Source: Vitrella brassicaformis CCMP3155 (Eukaryota > Protista > Chromerida). Taken from it: 64,000 bases of DNA. Below the pieces are notes generated by a model. It was not told where the DNA came from and searched no databases. It saw nothing but the letters and a program-made list of their open reading frames with translations. The DNA is taken from positions 248,001 through 312,000 of the forward strand of contig CDMY01000603.1 of the NCBI GenBank assembly GCA_001179505.1. The letters are read 5' to 3'. The translations under genes were made by a program, and so were the position numbers. Positions 33,282 to 48,052 of this stretch are shown here, in pieces; the stretch's first letter is position 1, and each line of letters opens with the position of its first letter.

Positions 33282-35384
33282 TCAACAGGATCTGAAAGAG
33301 GTCACACCGTGGGTTGTCTCTTGCCTGAGGTTTGACTTCTGAAGGACGACCGAGGGCATTGGATTGGCATAGTCCTGCAAATGAGGCGACCTAACACACA
33401 CACACACACACACATACACACACGTACACACACATAAGGCCAGGCCTTCAAGCCATCCCATTGTCATTTAGTGCCGGCATGGAGTGCACTGGCTGACCTC
33501 CATGGTGGCGGGACGTCGCCGGCGGCCTCTTCACCCTCAACCACGCCCCTCTTCCGCACTTGGACGGGCGGCGCAGGCGACTCCATGTACGCGGGGTACT
33601 TGGACAGCGTCGCAAGCTTTCCCTGCCATACCATACACACACACATGTACATGTGTGTACGTGTTGTGCCTGGGCGGGGCGGAGTGTGTCTGCACTGCAC
33701 TGCATAGCTACGAACCCTTTTGGAGGGGTTGACGGGAATGAAGGGGCGGTCGTGCTTGATGGTGAAGGGGTAATGCGGCTCGGTGTACGGGCGCTGACAC
33801 AGACAGAGGGATACAGAGAGAGAGGGGTAGAGACCAACAAGCGAAGAAAGAAGGTCTTGGATGTTTCTGCGTGTGCGTGTGCGATGGAAGAGAGAGAGAG
33901 GGAGAGTGCTGTGCTGTGTCTTGATTACCTACCGGTATGCCACAGGGCTCATCGTGCCGGTATAGATCGCTATTCTTGGTGAAGTTGACGCCAGCTGCAC
34001 ACACAGACAAGGGAGGGAGGGCAGAGGCGCGTAAATAAGACTGCACAGGCTGCGTGCATTCTATACATATATTGCATCCTCACTCACTTGCACACATGGA
34101 CTTGAAGGGCGGTATGTCCTTGGTCTTCTCTTTCTGCGCCTTGAGCTCCGCAAGCCTGCAAATCCAATTAATTCGGACACAGACAGACAGATGCAGAGAG
34201 ACGCCTGATGGCGTCTGATGTACATCCTTGCCTTCCTACCGTTGCCATCGCCTTGTCTCATAGTCTTCTGGGACGTGCTCGGGCAACTTGGAAAACAGCA
34301 CACCGGGCACAAGGGTCCCGCCACCGCCCTTCTTGGCTGGACTGGTGAACACACCTCGGGGAACTGACGGTACGGCAAGGGTATAGGGCAAGATGGCATG
34401 ACGACGGCAAATGGGTAGTTTGTTGTTGCGGGCGTCAGTCACCATTTGCCCCCCTGCCCACCGGTGTATTCCTTGTATTTTGCGTAGAGGTCTTTGGGGT
34501 CCGGGGCTGTCGACCCTTGATAAACATACGGGAAGTCCAGCTTGTTCAAGCTGAAGCAAACAGGCAAAGAGGCAAAGAGGCAATACGTCCGTCATGATGG
34601 GCCTCTCATGTCACGTCACTCACCTGCGCCTAATGTTGCCTCCAGGCTTGAACCTGTGGTCGGGGTCTATCGGCGTCAGCCTTCGTCTGCACCCCAACCC
34701 CAACCCCACCCCCATGCCCACAGATGAAGTCAAGGTAGGTCTGATGCCGATGGCTCTTCCAGCCGAGCCATATGCCTGCCTACCGTGCTTGTCTCTTGAG
34801 CGGGTCGACATAGGGGTCTCCCACGGCGAGTGGCGTGATGACGGAGAAAAAGGCGTCCTTGGTGTTGCCCTTCTTGCCCTTCCCCACTAGGAAGCCCTTG
34901 AGCGCCGGCTGCTCCTCCTCTCCAGTGCCCTCGCGTCTCGCCTCTGCCAGCCAGAGATGAAGCGACGACAGGATTGCACTTCGCGTGTGTGTTCTTTGCT
35001 GGCTGGCTGGCTGACTTCTGACGACTTGTCTTGGGGCATAGGAGTCGTCGCCACAGCAGTTGGGGGCCTGAAGGACGGGACGGGCAGAGAGAGGGAGGCG
35101 CATTATTCTCTTTCTCATGCGCTTTGATGACTGGCTGGCTGACCGTGTAGGAGAAGTAGCCGTGTCTTGGCCTGCGTGTGCATCATGCGTCAATCAAAGA
35201 GGGAGGCAGGCAAAGACGATGCCCCCTCCCCGTTTGCGTGGGTTTGTGGGATTGTCTGATTGTGTGATTGTGTGTTTGTGTCTGGCGGCCTTGCTTACAC
35301 CATGGATGTGGTGTACACATCTTCGATGTGTTTCTGCATCTTGGCGGCATTCTTGGCCTGCCGCTCCTCAGGGGACGACGGCAT
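33282..35384 (-). CDS. Cilia/flagella-associated protein resembling CFAP96 (C4orf47/UPF0602)
   Basis: Exon peptides align by eye with recalled family motifs: AVGDPYVDP, FTSPAKKGGGG, PPFKSM, GKLATLSKYPAYM, NPMPSVV. Start codon tentative. Confidence 0.55.
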
Positions 35385-35912
35385 GATGGACAAATGGATG
35401 GATGGATGGCTTCCTCACCAAAGGGAAGAATCTGTAGACAAGCACACGGCAGTCCGGCCCGCATTATCTTTCCAACCTGCTCGTGGCCTCCTCTCCCCTC
35501 TCGTGCCGTCGTTACCTCAGGGCAGCCTCTCGGTTTCACCCTCTTCTGCCGGGCCTCTTCCTGTCGAGACCTTGGGATGGGTTGAGGGGCGAAGGGAAAA
35601 AGCACGTGGATGAGTCTGCGACAAGAGGCTCCAAGCCTTCAGGGCCCTGGAGTGCTGGATTTTCCCGTTCCTTCTGCGCTCGCCCCCTAGACTCTGATAA
35701 TAAGCTCGCAAAATGCGGATCGCATTCGCGCTGAGGGAATCGAACATTCCGGTGGCGTGCTCAGTCTCCTGTCGATGTCCTGAGCCCGTCTGATCCATCC
35801 TGGCTGCGTCCAGATTGAGATTTCGACGTAGCCCTGCCGCCCAACCAACCTTGAGTAGTGGTTGGCGCCCATCTGTGTGCTCGGCCCTGCGTGCGTGGCC
35901 TAGAGGGTGACG

Positions 35913-38900
35913 ATGGCAGCCGAGCCCGAGAAGTCGCTGCGTGTGTCTGACGCCAAGGGGTACCTGGCGCGGGTCAAGGAAATCTTTGAGCGCGACAAGG
36001 ATGAGGTGCGCTACGGCAAGTTCCTGGAAATCATGAAGGACTTCAAAGAGCACAGGTGAGTCAGTGGGGCGAGTGAAATGAGATGAGATGCGCACCAAAC
36101 ACTGCACTCACTTGACACGTCCGTCTCTCACGCCCCGACCCATCGCCACACGTGCTTGTGTGCGTTGTGTGTGTGTGAATGCGTGATGCTTGTGGCAGGA
36201 TTGACACCACCGGTGTGATTCTGCGTGTGTCGGATCTCTTCAAGGGGCAGGACGACCTCATCAGCGAGTTTAATCGCTTCCTCCCAAAGGAGCTGCAGAC
36301 GGCCATCAACAAAGCCAAGGAGCAGAACGCTGCATCAGCATCAGCATCAGCATCGGCATCGTCCGTCCCGCCCGCTGCTGCAGCTGCTGCGGCCGCGGCG
36401 GCCGCGTCATCGGCGTCTGGAGCACCTGACGCGCAGGCGCGTCAGCAGGAGTTCCTGCGGCAGATGGAGGAGGAGGGTCAGGCCGCCAGCAGCGGCACCG
36501 GTGGCCTGGCGGGGAAGATTGTGCAGCGGAAGGTGAGTCAGTTGTCATGTCATGTGGGCGAAGCAGACACGCATCCATCGATCGAATCAATCGCATTGAC
36601 CTGACTGACTCATTAATTGTGTGGCTACCTGGCCTGGCTGGGGGTAGGTTGGAGCGTCGCGTGAGGGGGCATCGGATCAGCAGCAGAGAGGGGCGGCCAA
36701 GGGCGCTGGGGTGAGGGAAGGAGCAATGCACACGCAAGATGCTGATTGTCATGCGGCCACATGGATAAGTCCATCTATCTGCGTGTGCATGTGTGTCATG
36801 TGTGTGTCTTCAGGAGCCTCGTGAGGTGGATTATGACCATGCCATCGACTATGTGAAGCGCGTCAAGGTCGTCAGCCAGCCACGGACAGCCGAGCTGGGT
36901 ATGTATGTATGTGGGTGGGGTATGCGCCTATTTTTGTGTAGGTGGTTGCCCCTGAGGTGTATGACCGTTTCATCTACATCCTGCAAACCTACCAGCTGCA
37001 GCAGAAGTCCATCAGGGAGGTCTACACAGGTGGGTGGGTGGGTGGGTGGGGATGCCAAGAGGAATGGGTGGAGGGATGGACGGCTGATTGACTGATTGAG
37101 TGATCCATGATTGATCTCTATCTCTTAGAGGTGCGGAACTTGATGCGCCCCCACCCCCGGATGCTCGGAGAGTTCTGCCAGTTCCTGCCTGACTTCCAGG
37201 CGGTACGCACGCACACACCATGCCGTGGACACACAGCAGCAATGTCTGTCCATCCCATCCACGCGTCCTGTCACGCTTACCAGGTGCACAAGGAGGTGAC
37301 AGCGCGCGAGGCGGAGCTGCGTGCCCAGGGCCACACGGCGTACAATCCCATGCTGCCCATGATGAGCGGAAAGGACGACGAAGACGCTATCAAAGGTCAG
37401 TCGGTCTGGGTGGACGGACGGACGACGCCTGTTGCGTTCGTTGCATTCAATGGCCCATGACATGTGTGTCAGGCCCGCCGATGACGCTCCCTTCAGTGGA
37501 TGAGGAGGATGAAATGATGGGGGACCAGCCGCAGAGGAAGTCGTCAAGGGACAGACACAGACCGCCACCACTCAAGATCGGAGCCAAAAAGGTCAGTGAG
37601 TGAGGATGCACTCATGCGCACATGAATGGATGGATGGATGGCATCCGTGTCCATGTGTGTGTGTGTGTTCTCCGCAGGGTGGCGATGAGTTGGCGACTCC
37701 GTCAGAGATGGAACTGTCCATGGCACTCAAGGGCAGGCGGCTCATGGCCAAGAGGCAAGCACTCGAGTGCGTGCGTGCGTGAGCAGACCAGACAGACGAT
37801 GGCAGGAACCAACAGGCCCAGGCCAACACCCACCCCCTTTCGTATGCGCCCCTTGAATGCGCGTGTGTGTGTGCAGTGGTGCTGTGCGTGATTTCGACGG
37901 GTATGACGCCGATGAGGAGGAGCAGGAGGAGTCCGAGGAGCGCATGGAGGTCGAACACAAAGCCATCGACATCAACGCATGTGGGTATCCACGCCACGCC
38001 CCGCCACACAAGCGTTCACAAGCATCTGTGTGTGTCTGTGTCTGTGTGTCGTTTGCTGTGTGCAGGTCTGTCTATGTCCCGGGGCGAGCGGCTGTTTTGG
38101 GAGGCTCTCAAGAACTGCATGGACGAGTGAGATGAGCACGCAACGCACAGATCAGATGCCTGAGTGCATCCATGCCATGCCATGGCGGGCCCTCCTCTGT
38201 CGTGCAGGCACCGCTACGCCTGTCTGGCCAAGCTGGTGAAGCTCTACGTCGTGGGCATCATCAGCGCACGCGAAATGCTCGACGTCTGCAAGAAGGTCAT
38301 CGACTTCTCCGTTCTGTAAGCCAACACTTCCCCAATCTCACTCACACCACACCCACATCGCCCCGCATAAGCGTGTGCGTGATTGTGTATGTCATGTCAG
38401 TGGCTCGGATGTGTACCAGCATTTCCGGAAGATGATCGTGACTCGCGAGTCTGCGCGGCGGCGGCACTCGTACTTCTGCCTGTCGGTGTCCCAGATCGAC
38501 ACCAGTGCGGCCGCCAAGAGCGGCGACAGCTACAGGCTGCTGCCCAAGGACTTCCCCCAGATGGTACATACGCATCGCATCCCCGCCCCGCGTGTGTGTG
38601 ATGGATGCGTGTGGATGGGATCGCGTATGTGGTGTGTGTGAGTGGTGTGTGCAGTACTGCAGCGGTCGTGATGCGCTGTGCAAGACGGTGCTGCAGGATT
38701 CGTGGATATCAATCCCACAGGTGAATTAATTCTCACATACATGACATGACGTCCACGCGCGAGGGAGATGAGATCCACAAGACGCATTCCTTCCTTCGTG
38801 CGCGTCGCGTCATTTTCAACACTCTCGCTTGCAGGGTTCGGAGGACTTCTCCTTCCGCCACATGCGGCGCAATGAGTACGAGGAGCAGATGTTCAAGACT

Positions 38901-41900
38901 GAGGACGAGCGCTTTGAGCTGGACATGATCATCGAACCAAACCAGTCAAGTCAGTCAGCCACCCAACACATGCAACCGATGGGTGGACGGATGGATGGAT
39001 GGATGTGTCCATGGTTCCTCTGTGTGTGTGTGCCTGTCTGTCTGTCTGTCTGTCTGTTCAGCGATCAAGGTGTTGGAGCCGATCGCAGAGGAGCTCAGGC
39101 AGATGCCCCTCGCCGACCGCGACATGTACAAGCTGGAGAGAAACCCCTTCAACGACACGCACCTCAACGCCATCCGCCGCATCTACGGCGACCACGGTGT
39201 GGAGATCCTGCAGCTGCTGCGGCGCAACCCCAAGGGGACGGTGCCGGTCATCCTCAGCCGTCTTCGGCAGAAGCAGGAGGAGTGGACCGGCGCGAGGGCC
39301 AGGATGAACGAGGGCCAGTGGCGGGACGTCATGAAGAATAACTACTTCAAGAGCTTTGACCATAGATCTTTCTACTTTAGGCAACAGGTACGTAGGGAGG
39401 TACCTACCTCTGTCTGGGTGGCTGTCTGTCTGTCTGTCTGTCTTTCTGAGGCGTGGGAGTATGCGTGTCTCTCTGGTGTGCTTCGGTCTGTTCCTTTCGT
39501 TTAGGACAAGCGTCACACGAACGTCAAGGCGTTTCTGGCTGACGTACGGAAGCGGTATGCGCAGATCAGAGGCGCACCAACCGCCGAGGGAGACGAGGAG
39601 GAGGAAGGTGGGTAGACACGAACGAAACCCAACACAGACAGTATCACTCACGGTAGGTGTGATGGATGCGAATGCTCGATGGGCTGTGCCCACAGGTCAC
39701 CATGGCGTGCCGATCGTCAAGAAGCACAAGGAGGATGAAGACGAAGAGGCGGAGGAGAACGGTACCTACGGACGCATTCACACCACATCACACCACATGT
39801 GTGTTGTGTTGCTGCAATCAATCAATGGTCGATGTCTGTCTGTGTCTGTGTCTGTGTGCGACCAGAGGAGATCGACCAGGCCATATCGATGACCTTCTCC
39901 CCCAAGAGCGAGATGAAGAAGAGGCGCGACTCCCTCACACACCTGCCACTCACTGAGGTAGGTACACGCCTGCCTGTCTTGAGTGAAGTGAAGCACATAC
40001 CTTTTCAAGGACGGACGATCGTGGCCATCGGTAAATGTGGCCGTGCGTGGGTCCCCGTCGGCTTGTTTGTTTGTTTGTGTGCAGGCTGACGAGCAGCAGG
40101 CCACACAGGCCAAGGAAACTGAGGTGGGCGGGGCGGGCGACAGACAATTCCTCTGTGTAGTGAGTGGATGGTCGGACTGACTCATGTTGTGTCTATCTAT
40201 TGTCTGTCTCAGTATCCGCCAGAGTTCACCTTCAACATGCCCATAATGCAGCTGCACGAGGACGTGCTGGACATGATGCTGTACGTCGCGGAGAAACAGT
40301 CATACAGCACCACTGGAATGAAGGTCCGTGCACGCCGGTGCCTGCCTGTGAAATGTGGGTGCATTGGACACTGCACACGCTCACCCCCCCCACTCTCTAT
40401 ATTCTGCCAGATACGGTATTACCTCAACTCCGTTGTGCGCGACTTCATCCTGCCTGACAGAGGGGTACAGCACCCACCCACACAGACAGACAGACACCCA
40501 CTGCTTCAAGCGCACGCATCGATTACCTACCGTTTGTCTGTCTGTGTCTGTCTGTGCCCCCCAGCTGCAACCAGATCAGATGAGGTCCCGCCGCGGCGCC
40601 CCCCCAGTGGGAACCCGCTTCAAGGTCCCCAAATACGAGAGGAGGGACCGAGACGAAGACGAGTCCATGCAGCCCTCTCAACAATCGCAGCAGGGTCAGT
40701 CAGTGGACCTGACGACCCCTCCCCTTACCAAACACGTATGTATGTCGTCCATCTGTGTGTGTGTGTGTGTGTGTGATATCCTTCAGGCGAGAGCCAGGCC
40801 GGTGGTGGGACGTTCCCCGGCCCGTCGCCCGCTGTGCGTGTGACCCCGCCGGAGGGTGGTGCTGCGGCGCCAGTGGCAGCACGAGCAGCAGCAGCAGCAG
40901 CTGCTGCTGCAGCTGCAGCCTCTGCCGGTGGTGGTGGGAGGAGGGGTGACGAGGTGGAGGTCGTCATCAGCAACAATGACGAGGTCAGCACGGAGGATGG
41001 CTGGGGCATGGCATGGCATGGACGGATACTGACTCATAGTGTGATGCGTTGTTGTGTACGCTGTGTGGTCGGATGGATGGATGGATGTGGTGCAGCCGAC
41101 TCCTGGGCCTGGCCCTGCGCCCAAGAGGCCACCACAGCAGCAAATACAGGTCGATTCCTGCCTCTGCGTGGATACGCCCACACACACAGGTGTTTATCAT
41201 ACCTGCCTGCCTGTGTCTGTGGTGTGGTCTTTCTCTCTCTCAGCCCGCTCCCTCCGCCGCTCTCCAGGCTCCTCCAGCAGATGGGTACGTAAGCATCGCA
41301 TCTGCATCGTGGAAACAGCGAGCGACATGTTGTTTCTCTGTCTGTTGTGCATGCATATGTTTCAGTTTGCGGACTCAGACGCGGTCGGACGGCTCGGTGC
41401 CCACACCGCCAGAAGAGAAAGAGGTACACACGTGGGCTGGGTGGGAGGGTGGGAGGGAGGGGTAGGTATCCCTGCGATGGATGCATCCTGTTTACTTTGT
41501 GTGTGTGTGTGTGTGTGTGTGGGCGTGTCGGTCAGGTGGCCCCGAAGCTGGTACCGCTGGACAGCAGGTACGGCCTGAAGCACCTGTGGGGATACCAGAG
41601 CCACACCAAACCCACACGCGCATTCGGTCAGCACCCTCCCCCCCTAATGAGCCCTTCACCTATGTGTCCATCCATCCATCCATCCGTCTGCTCTCTCTCG
41701 TCGCGTGCGTGCAGCCCCGCCACCTCCCTCCGGCGCGCCCCCATCCAGCGCCGTCAGCGGGCCCTTCAAGCTGCATCGGGAAGACAATGGCGGACAACTG
41801 CCTGCTGCTGCTGGTGCTGCGTCCTCGGCGTCTAGTGGCGGTGGTGGTGTGGGTGTTGATGAGTGTCTGCCCCTGGAGGAGCGGTGGCTTATGAGCGGGG

Positions 41901-44036
41901 AGAGCTTCTACTGCCTTATGCGGTTCTACCAGATTCTCTACGAGCGGCTCAAGAAGGTGCGCTGCGGTCCCTCCCTCTGCTCTGTGTGCGGTTGGGTGCG
42001 GTGTGCGGTGTATGGGAGGGGACGGACACAGAGGCGTGTGTGTGTGTGTGTGCATGTGTGTGTGCAGGCGAAGGCTGTGATGGAGACGCACGTAGACGAC
42101 GCCGCGGCCCGACGAATGAAGTTCTCGCCCACGCCGTCTGAGACAGAGGAGGTGGGTGGGGTGCGTGTCGCGACGGACGCTTCCATACGTGTGATGCGAT
42201 GAATGCCATTCATGTCGTCATGTGATGTGATGCATTCATGTGGAACATGTCGTCATGTGTGTGGTTGTGTCCACCACAGAAGTTGGACTACGATTGGGTC
42301 AAGAACACGGTGTATGCGCTCATCAACAACGAGATCGACATCAGTGCATACGAAGATGACCTCAGGCACACGAATACACTCACACACACATTGGATTGGC
42401 CTATAGCTATGTGTGGAGACAGACGAGACAGGCATTTGCATTGCTACGTCCCCATTGGCATGTGATGTGATGTGGCGTATCTCTCTCTGGGTATGGTGTG
42501 CTATGCTGTGCAGGAAGGCGATGGGCACAGAGGCCTACAGCCTCTTCACCGTGGACAAACTGCTCTCGCAGGTGAGTGAAACGGATACAGACATGTGAGG
42601 AACCTGTGTGTGTATGGCGCTGTGTCTGTGTCTGTGTGCATTCAGATGGTGAAGCTGCTGCAGGGGATGGTGAACGACCCCAACACACTGAGGATCGCAT
42701 CGCTCTATCTCGCTTACAGAGACAGTAAGTATGCCATTCTCCTTCCCCCATCTCCCAATACACACCCATGTGTGTGTGTGTGTCTGGCCCGTCACCCGTC
42801 AGTTCTGACGACCCGCGCGGCGGTCGACTCCTATGAGAAGGAGTGCAGAACCATCGTCGGGTGAGCCCTGCTGTGCTGCAACTTCCGTCATAATCCAGCG
42901 ATACATCCACCACACATCCAGCTGTGTATGTCTTGTATGTGTTGTGTGTCTCCTCTCCTCTCTGTCAGTGATGCCATGCACTTCCGCATTCGGTGGGACC
43001 TGAGGAGCCGCGAGCTGACCATCAGGATGGTCACACCTGCGGACTACTGGCACACCACACCACCAGAGGTGGGTGCGTTGGGAAGCATTGCAATCGTCGG
43101 GGAGAGGAGGCCCATCAATTTGTTGTGTGGATTTGGTGTTGTGGTGTGTAGGATCGTCCGGTGATGACAGCGTGTGACGGCGAGGTGCTCAAGTACTGCC
43201 TGAGCTACATGGGGCCATACACGCTCGTCTCCGACCACATCAACTTCGCCACACAAATACCCGACCCCAGACATGCAGTAAGGTCCACAGACAGAGAGAG
43301 AGAGCCTGGCCTGCCCTGACTGACACCCATATTATCTCCCTCCCTCCCTGCAGACGGCTGCAATAGTGCCGTATGTGGGAGAGCTTGCTGGCGACAGGCC
43401 TGTGCGCTTCCTCAGAAGGTCAGCCTGTCCACAATGGGCCAATGGGACCATGGCCCATATCCATTGCACTTAGTTGCTCGTTGGCTGGTGTAGGAATCGT
43501 CGCCGCGTGCGTCGTCGTGACGGCGACTACCCGCCCCGTTCGGACAGCGCCGTCCCGCCCGCCAAGGAGAGGCGGCACCACTACAAAGACGCCAACATCG
43601 CCATGCACAACGGACTCTGCTGCAGGGTAACACACATCACATTCATTGATGAGCAATGTAATGCTCCACCCATCTGTGTGTGCATGTTGGAATGGTTTGG
43701 TCTGTTTTGGTTTGGTATGGCATAAAGATGCCGCTGCATTCCTACCGGCTGGCGTATGTGCCCAACACCCACGACGTGCTCCTCAGACCCAGACATCGCA
43801 AGCGAGCCGTAAGCCGACCGACCCGACACACACGCCGTCCCGTCCACCTTGGAAGCCACCCTCCCTGTTCATGTCATGTGTGGGGGCAGGCGGAGCGCGG
43901 TGCGGCGGGTGAGGCGAAGAGGCTGCGGCGGTTCCAGCACTGGCTGAGCATGCGGCTGGTCGACGCGGAGAGGCAGCCGTTCCTCAGACCTATAGTGCCC
44001 ATCAAGGAGGAGGCCGACACCACCATGAGAGACTGA
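35913..44036 (+). CDS. SIN3: SIN3 transcriptional corepressor (PAH domains, HDAC-interaction domain, C-terminal domain); many small exons
   Basis: PAH1 [33 protein letters not shown]; PAH2 [20 protein letters not shown]; [48 protein letters not shown]; [15 protein letters not shown]; [15 protein letters not shown]; [10 protein letters not shown]. Confidence 0.95.
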
Positions 44037-45069
44037 CTGAGATGGTGCATCGTCCCTTTCGGGCCAGTCTTCCCCTCCCTCTTCGCTCCCTTGTCTGTCT
44101 GTCTGTCTGTGTAACTGATGGAGGGGCCAACCAATCAACCAGTCAGTGTGTGCGGTGGGGGCCACGTGGGATTGGGAATGTGTACACACCAATGTGTCAC
44201 GTACACACACGGGGGCGGGAAGGACATTTTTTTGACGTGACGTCCGGGCGGCTGGAGGGATGGTTGGTTGGTTGGTCTGGTGGCTGCGTACTATCTAAGG
44301 GGATAATTCGATGGATGCCTGGATGGGGGTGGGGGGGTGTCTGTCTGTCTGTCTGTCTGACTTCCTTCCCTAGTATCTTGTACACAGCCAGCAAGCAAGC
44401 CTTTCAATCAATGGAATGGCCGTCTGCTGCTATCGCTCGCTGCCGCCTGCCGCACAACCCGACTCACCCACCCACCCACCCCACCCATGCGATCCGTGTG
44501 TGTGACGTCATGTGGGTCTGTCTTGTGGGGTGTCAGGTGCTGTCAGGTACGTGGGCGCCTACTATTCTATTCCAACAGAATCCTGATTTGACGAGTGACA
44601 ACTGACTGACTCGCTTCTCCTGCCTGCCTGCCTGCCTGCCTGCCTGCGTGCTCGACTCTCCCGTAAGTACTTACACGAGTACGTACGATTCGACAATTCG
44701 TTGATTGATATCGCTCCACTACTATAGAGAGAGTCGTGTAAGTCATATCAGCTGACCGTTTGTGTACCGACCCCATCCCATCCCTCACTCACCCTCACCC
44801 ACTCACACCCATCCTGGATACCCCACCCGCACACCCACACTCGATCATGCCATGCCATGCAGCCTGGCCTGATCCATGGATGTGATCCCTCGCTCAGTCA
44901 GTCAGTCAGTCGGTCAGTCCTTCTCCCGTATGTCTCCACTCTTGTCTGTCTGTCTCTTGTGTGTCCGTCCGGTCCGGTCTATTCTACAGCCATCCAAGAT
45001 GCACGAACCGACCGACACTTCTCCTCTCTCTTCTCCCTCCTGTCTCATTCGCTTATTCACTTGGATCAC

Positions 45070-47024
45070 TCACTGACAGGGCCTGCTGCCGTCTCCCTCT
45101 CCCCCTCCCCCTCCACCTCCCCATGTGGGTGCGTGCTGGCTCATCGGCGAGAGGGCAGACACGGAGCTCTCCTCACGCCGCCCACCAGCTCCAACCACAG
45201 CATCGCCATGACCGGCAGCAGCACACTCGCCTTGAAACCAGCGGTGGCTCAAGGCAGCTTGGGCTGATGAACAGATGACGCACATACGGTGGGTGGGTGT
45301 GGTATTTATTGGTTGTGTCGCCTCGCCCCGCCCACCTGATGGGCATCTGCGGTGTGTGGGGACGGCAAGGAGGGACTGCACGAGGTCGGACGCATCGGGG
45401 AAACGCGCCATCACGTCAGGACGGAAGACAGGACCCTGAGAGAGAGAGTGGGAGAGAGACATATGCGTGGGCTTACCTACAGGGTCCACCCCCACCCTGG
45501 CAGGCACATACCTTCTTTACCACCTCCAGGCAGTCCTGGAAAGTTCCATCGTTGCACTGCGACCTGCATCGCATCCACACGCACAGCCAACTGACTGACT
45601 GGGCTTAATTATGCTCCTAGGTCGGTGTCCCCTTGTCTGTCTTTCTCGCGTACTTACAGGTCAAAGGGGAAGTGGCCGTCCATCAAGATGTACCTGCAGT
45701 GACCAGGGACGAAGGAAAGAAGCCACACAGGAATGTGATGTGTGTATGCAGGGAGGGCTTTTGGTCCTGTGTGCTGGCTGGCTGTCTGGCTGCCCACAGA
45801 ATGACGCCACACTGCCAGAGGTCTGTCTGGACAGAATAGCGGCCGCGAAACGCCTCAGGCGCCTGCACACACACACACACACACGCGCACACACAGAGCA
45901 AATCCCTCCTAACTGTGCCCACATACCCCAGCCATCTCACTGCCGACTTACGTTGTATTCCTTTGTGCCGACGATCTGCACGTGTCCGCGGTGTATTGGT
46001 GTGGGCGGCTCCCGTCTGTCGAGCAGGAGGGCCAGGTCGAAGTCGATGAGCACCACGCGCCCGTCGGCTGTCGGGCGCGCGTCGTAGATGATGTTGTCCA
46101 ACTTAATCTACCGGTAGGACACACAGATGTAGCAAAAACACTCGTATCTATGTCGCTATGTGTGTGTGTTGCCGTATACATCTCGGTGAACGACCTGAGA
46201 GCAGGAAGGACCGAAGGAGACACACAGTGGCTTGGCTGTGTCTCTGTGTGTCTGTGCCGTGTGGTGTAAGCGTGAATGCGTTCGTGCGCTGCGAGCGCAC
46301 GTTGTGTCTGTGTAGGTGGTCAACTGCTCGTAGCAGCTGGCACATGATATTCCGCACATGCGATTCAGGAATCGTAGACGGCGTGAACTGCAACACAAAC
46401 TCAACCTGAACACGCAGAGCACACACACGTGACGCCCTCCCACAGCACACACACATTGGACTGTCCACTCGGCCCATCCGACCAGGTCGGTGCCGCTGCA
46501 CTTCTCCATGACGGCGTGGAAGGCCTGGCCGTTCTCGTACACGCCGTGCAGCTGCACCACGTTGGGGTGCGGCGCCCTGCCAAGCCGCTCGTATATCATG
46601 CGAAAGTACGACTGGTCAACGATGGAACTGACGCAATCCCACACACACACGCAAACACACGCACCGTCCGTCACAGGATGCCTGCCTTGCTTGTGTCTTG
46701 CTGTCTCACTGACTGACATGAGGCGGCTCTTGGCCACGACCTTGACCGCCAGCTCTGGAGCGTCCGATGCGTCAAGAGGGGTCGCGGCGTGCACTGCGGC
46801 CATGCTGACAAGCATGACGATAGACAATTAATTGGGGGCCTGCCTGCCATGTCCGTTTGGTGTCGTCATGGTGGACGCTTACAATCCCTTGCCGATTTTG
46901 CCCTTCAGGCGGTAGCGGGACTCGATGCAGTCGATCTGCTGGATGCGGAACGACGGCACACGCTGATCGAAGCGATCACGATCACGACTCGACAACAAAC
47001 TCACCACAGACGCACCCTCTACAA

Positions 47025-47055
<31 letters not shown>

Positions 47056-47749
47056 ATACACACTCAGCTTTCTCCCTTCCTACCTACCTACCCTGGCCCA
47101 CAGAGAGGCGCCCCATCTGCATGGCGAACCCCCTGCTCCTCGCCACGTCAAACCCCACCCCCATCCCCGCCGTCCGCCTCTCGCCCTGACACGCATGGGA
47201 GATCCCCCCAGCCGACCCGAAAAAGCGATGAGCCCCCTGGCCCCACGACCCGCCGGGCAGCACGATGCCGCCATGCATATGCACATGCGGGGGGAACGCG
47301 AAAGCGGCATAGCCATGCTGGCTCGGTGAGGTGGTCTGTGATGGCGATGATGGTCCAGCCCCGCTGGCAGCCCCTGGCAGTCCCCACTGCTGCAGCTGCC
47401 CCGGTGCCAGCTGGTGTTGTCCAGGATGCCTCTCAGGCCTCTCGGGCTTGTGCTGGTGGTCCTCGGATGGCAGCGATACGTCAGAGTCGAAGGACGCGCA
47501 GTCTCTCGCATCGCCGGGCGGCTGCCGAAGGTACGGGTGCGCATGTGGGCGGGGGTGGAAGCTTATCGGCTCTCGAGGTTGCGGTGGGTGACCGTGGCCT
47601 CTGTGCCCATTGCGGCGGCCGTGCGGGTGGGGTTTGCGCTGCCGCTTCTTCTTGCTGGGCTGCTGCAGCTCCGTATCGCCCTCCTCGGTCGGGCTGAGCG
47701 CTCTTTTGCCGTCGAAATGGGCTGAATCATCCTCGCGAGGGTTCTGCAT
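45070..47749 (-). CDS. Ser/Thr protein kinase, CAMK/CDPK-like, with a long disordered N-terminus
   Basis: IGKG, LAVKVV, HPNVVQLH, VMEKCSG, VVHRDVKLDNII, VLIDFDLA, GTKEY..APEAF, DLWQCGVILYILM, ALSHRWF across phase-compatible exons. Confidence 0.9.
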
Positions 47750-48052
47750 GGCCGTATGTCAGATGTATAGAGGAAGAGCAGGGCTATCTGGGATCATGGG
47801 AAAGGCGTCCGGTGCCGCTAGGTTGGCTTGAAAGGGGGGCCAATCGGCATGGAGAAAAGTGAAAAAGAATCGGTCAACGAACGAAGGGGGGGAGGTGGGG
47901 CAACGAACTAGGGAAATGCGAACACGCAGGCCGGGGTATCGCACAACGACTCGCCCTCGTAAATTTCGAATGCGTCGGCTTCGACAGTCGACACTTACAT
48001 CTAGTGCCTGCATGCACTCATGGATCTTCCATCATGTGACCACAAAAGTCGA

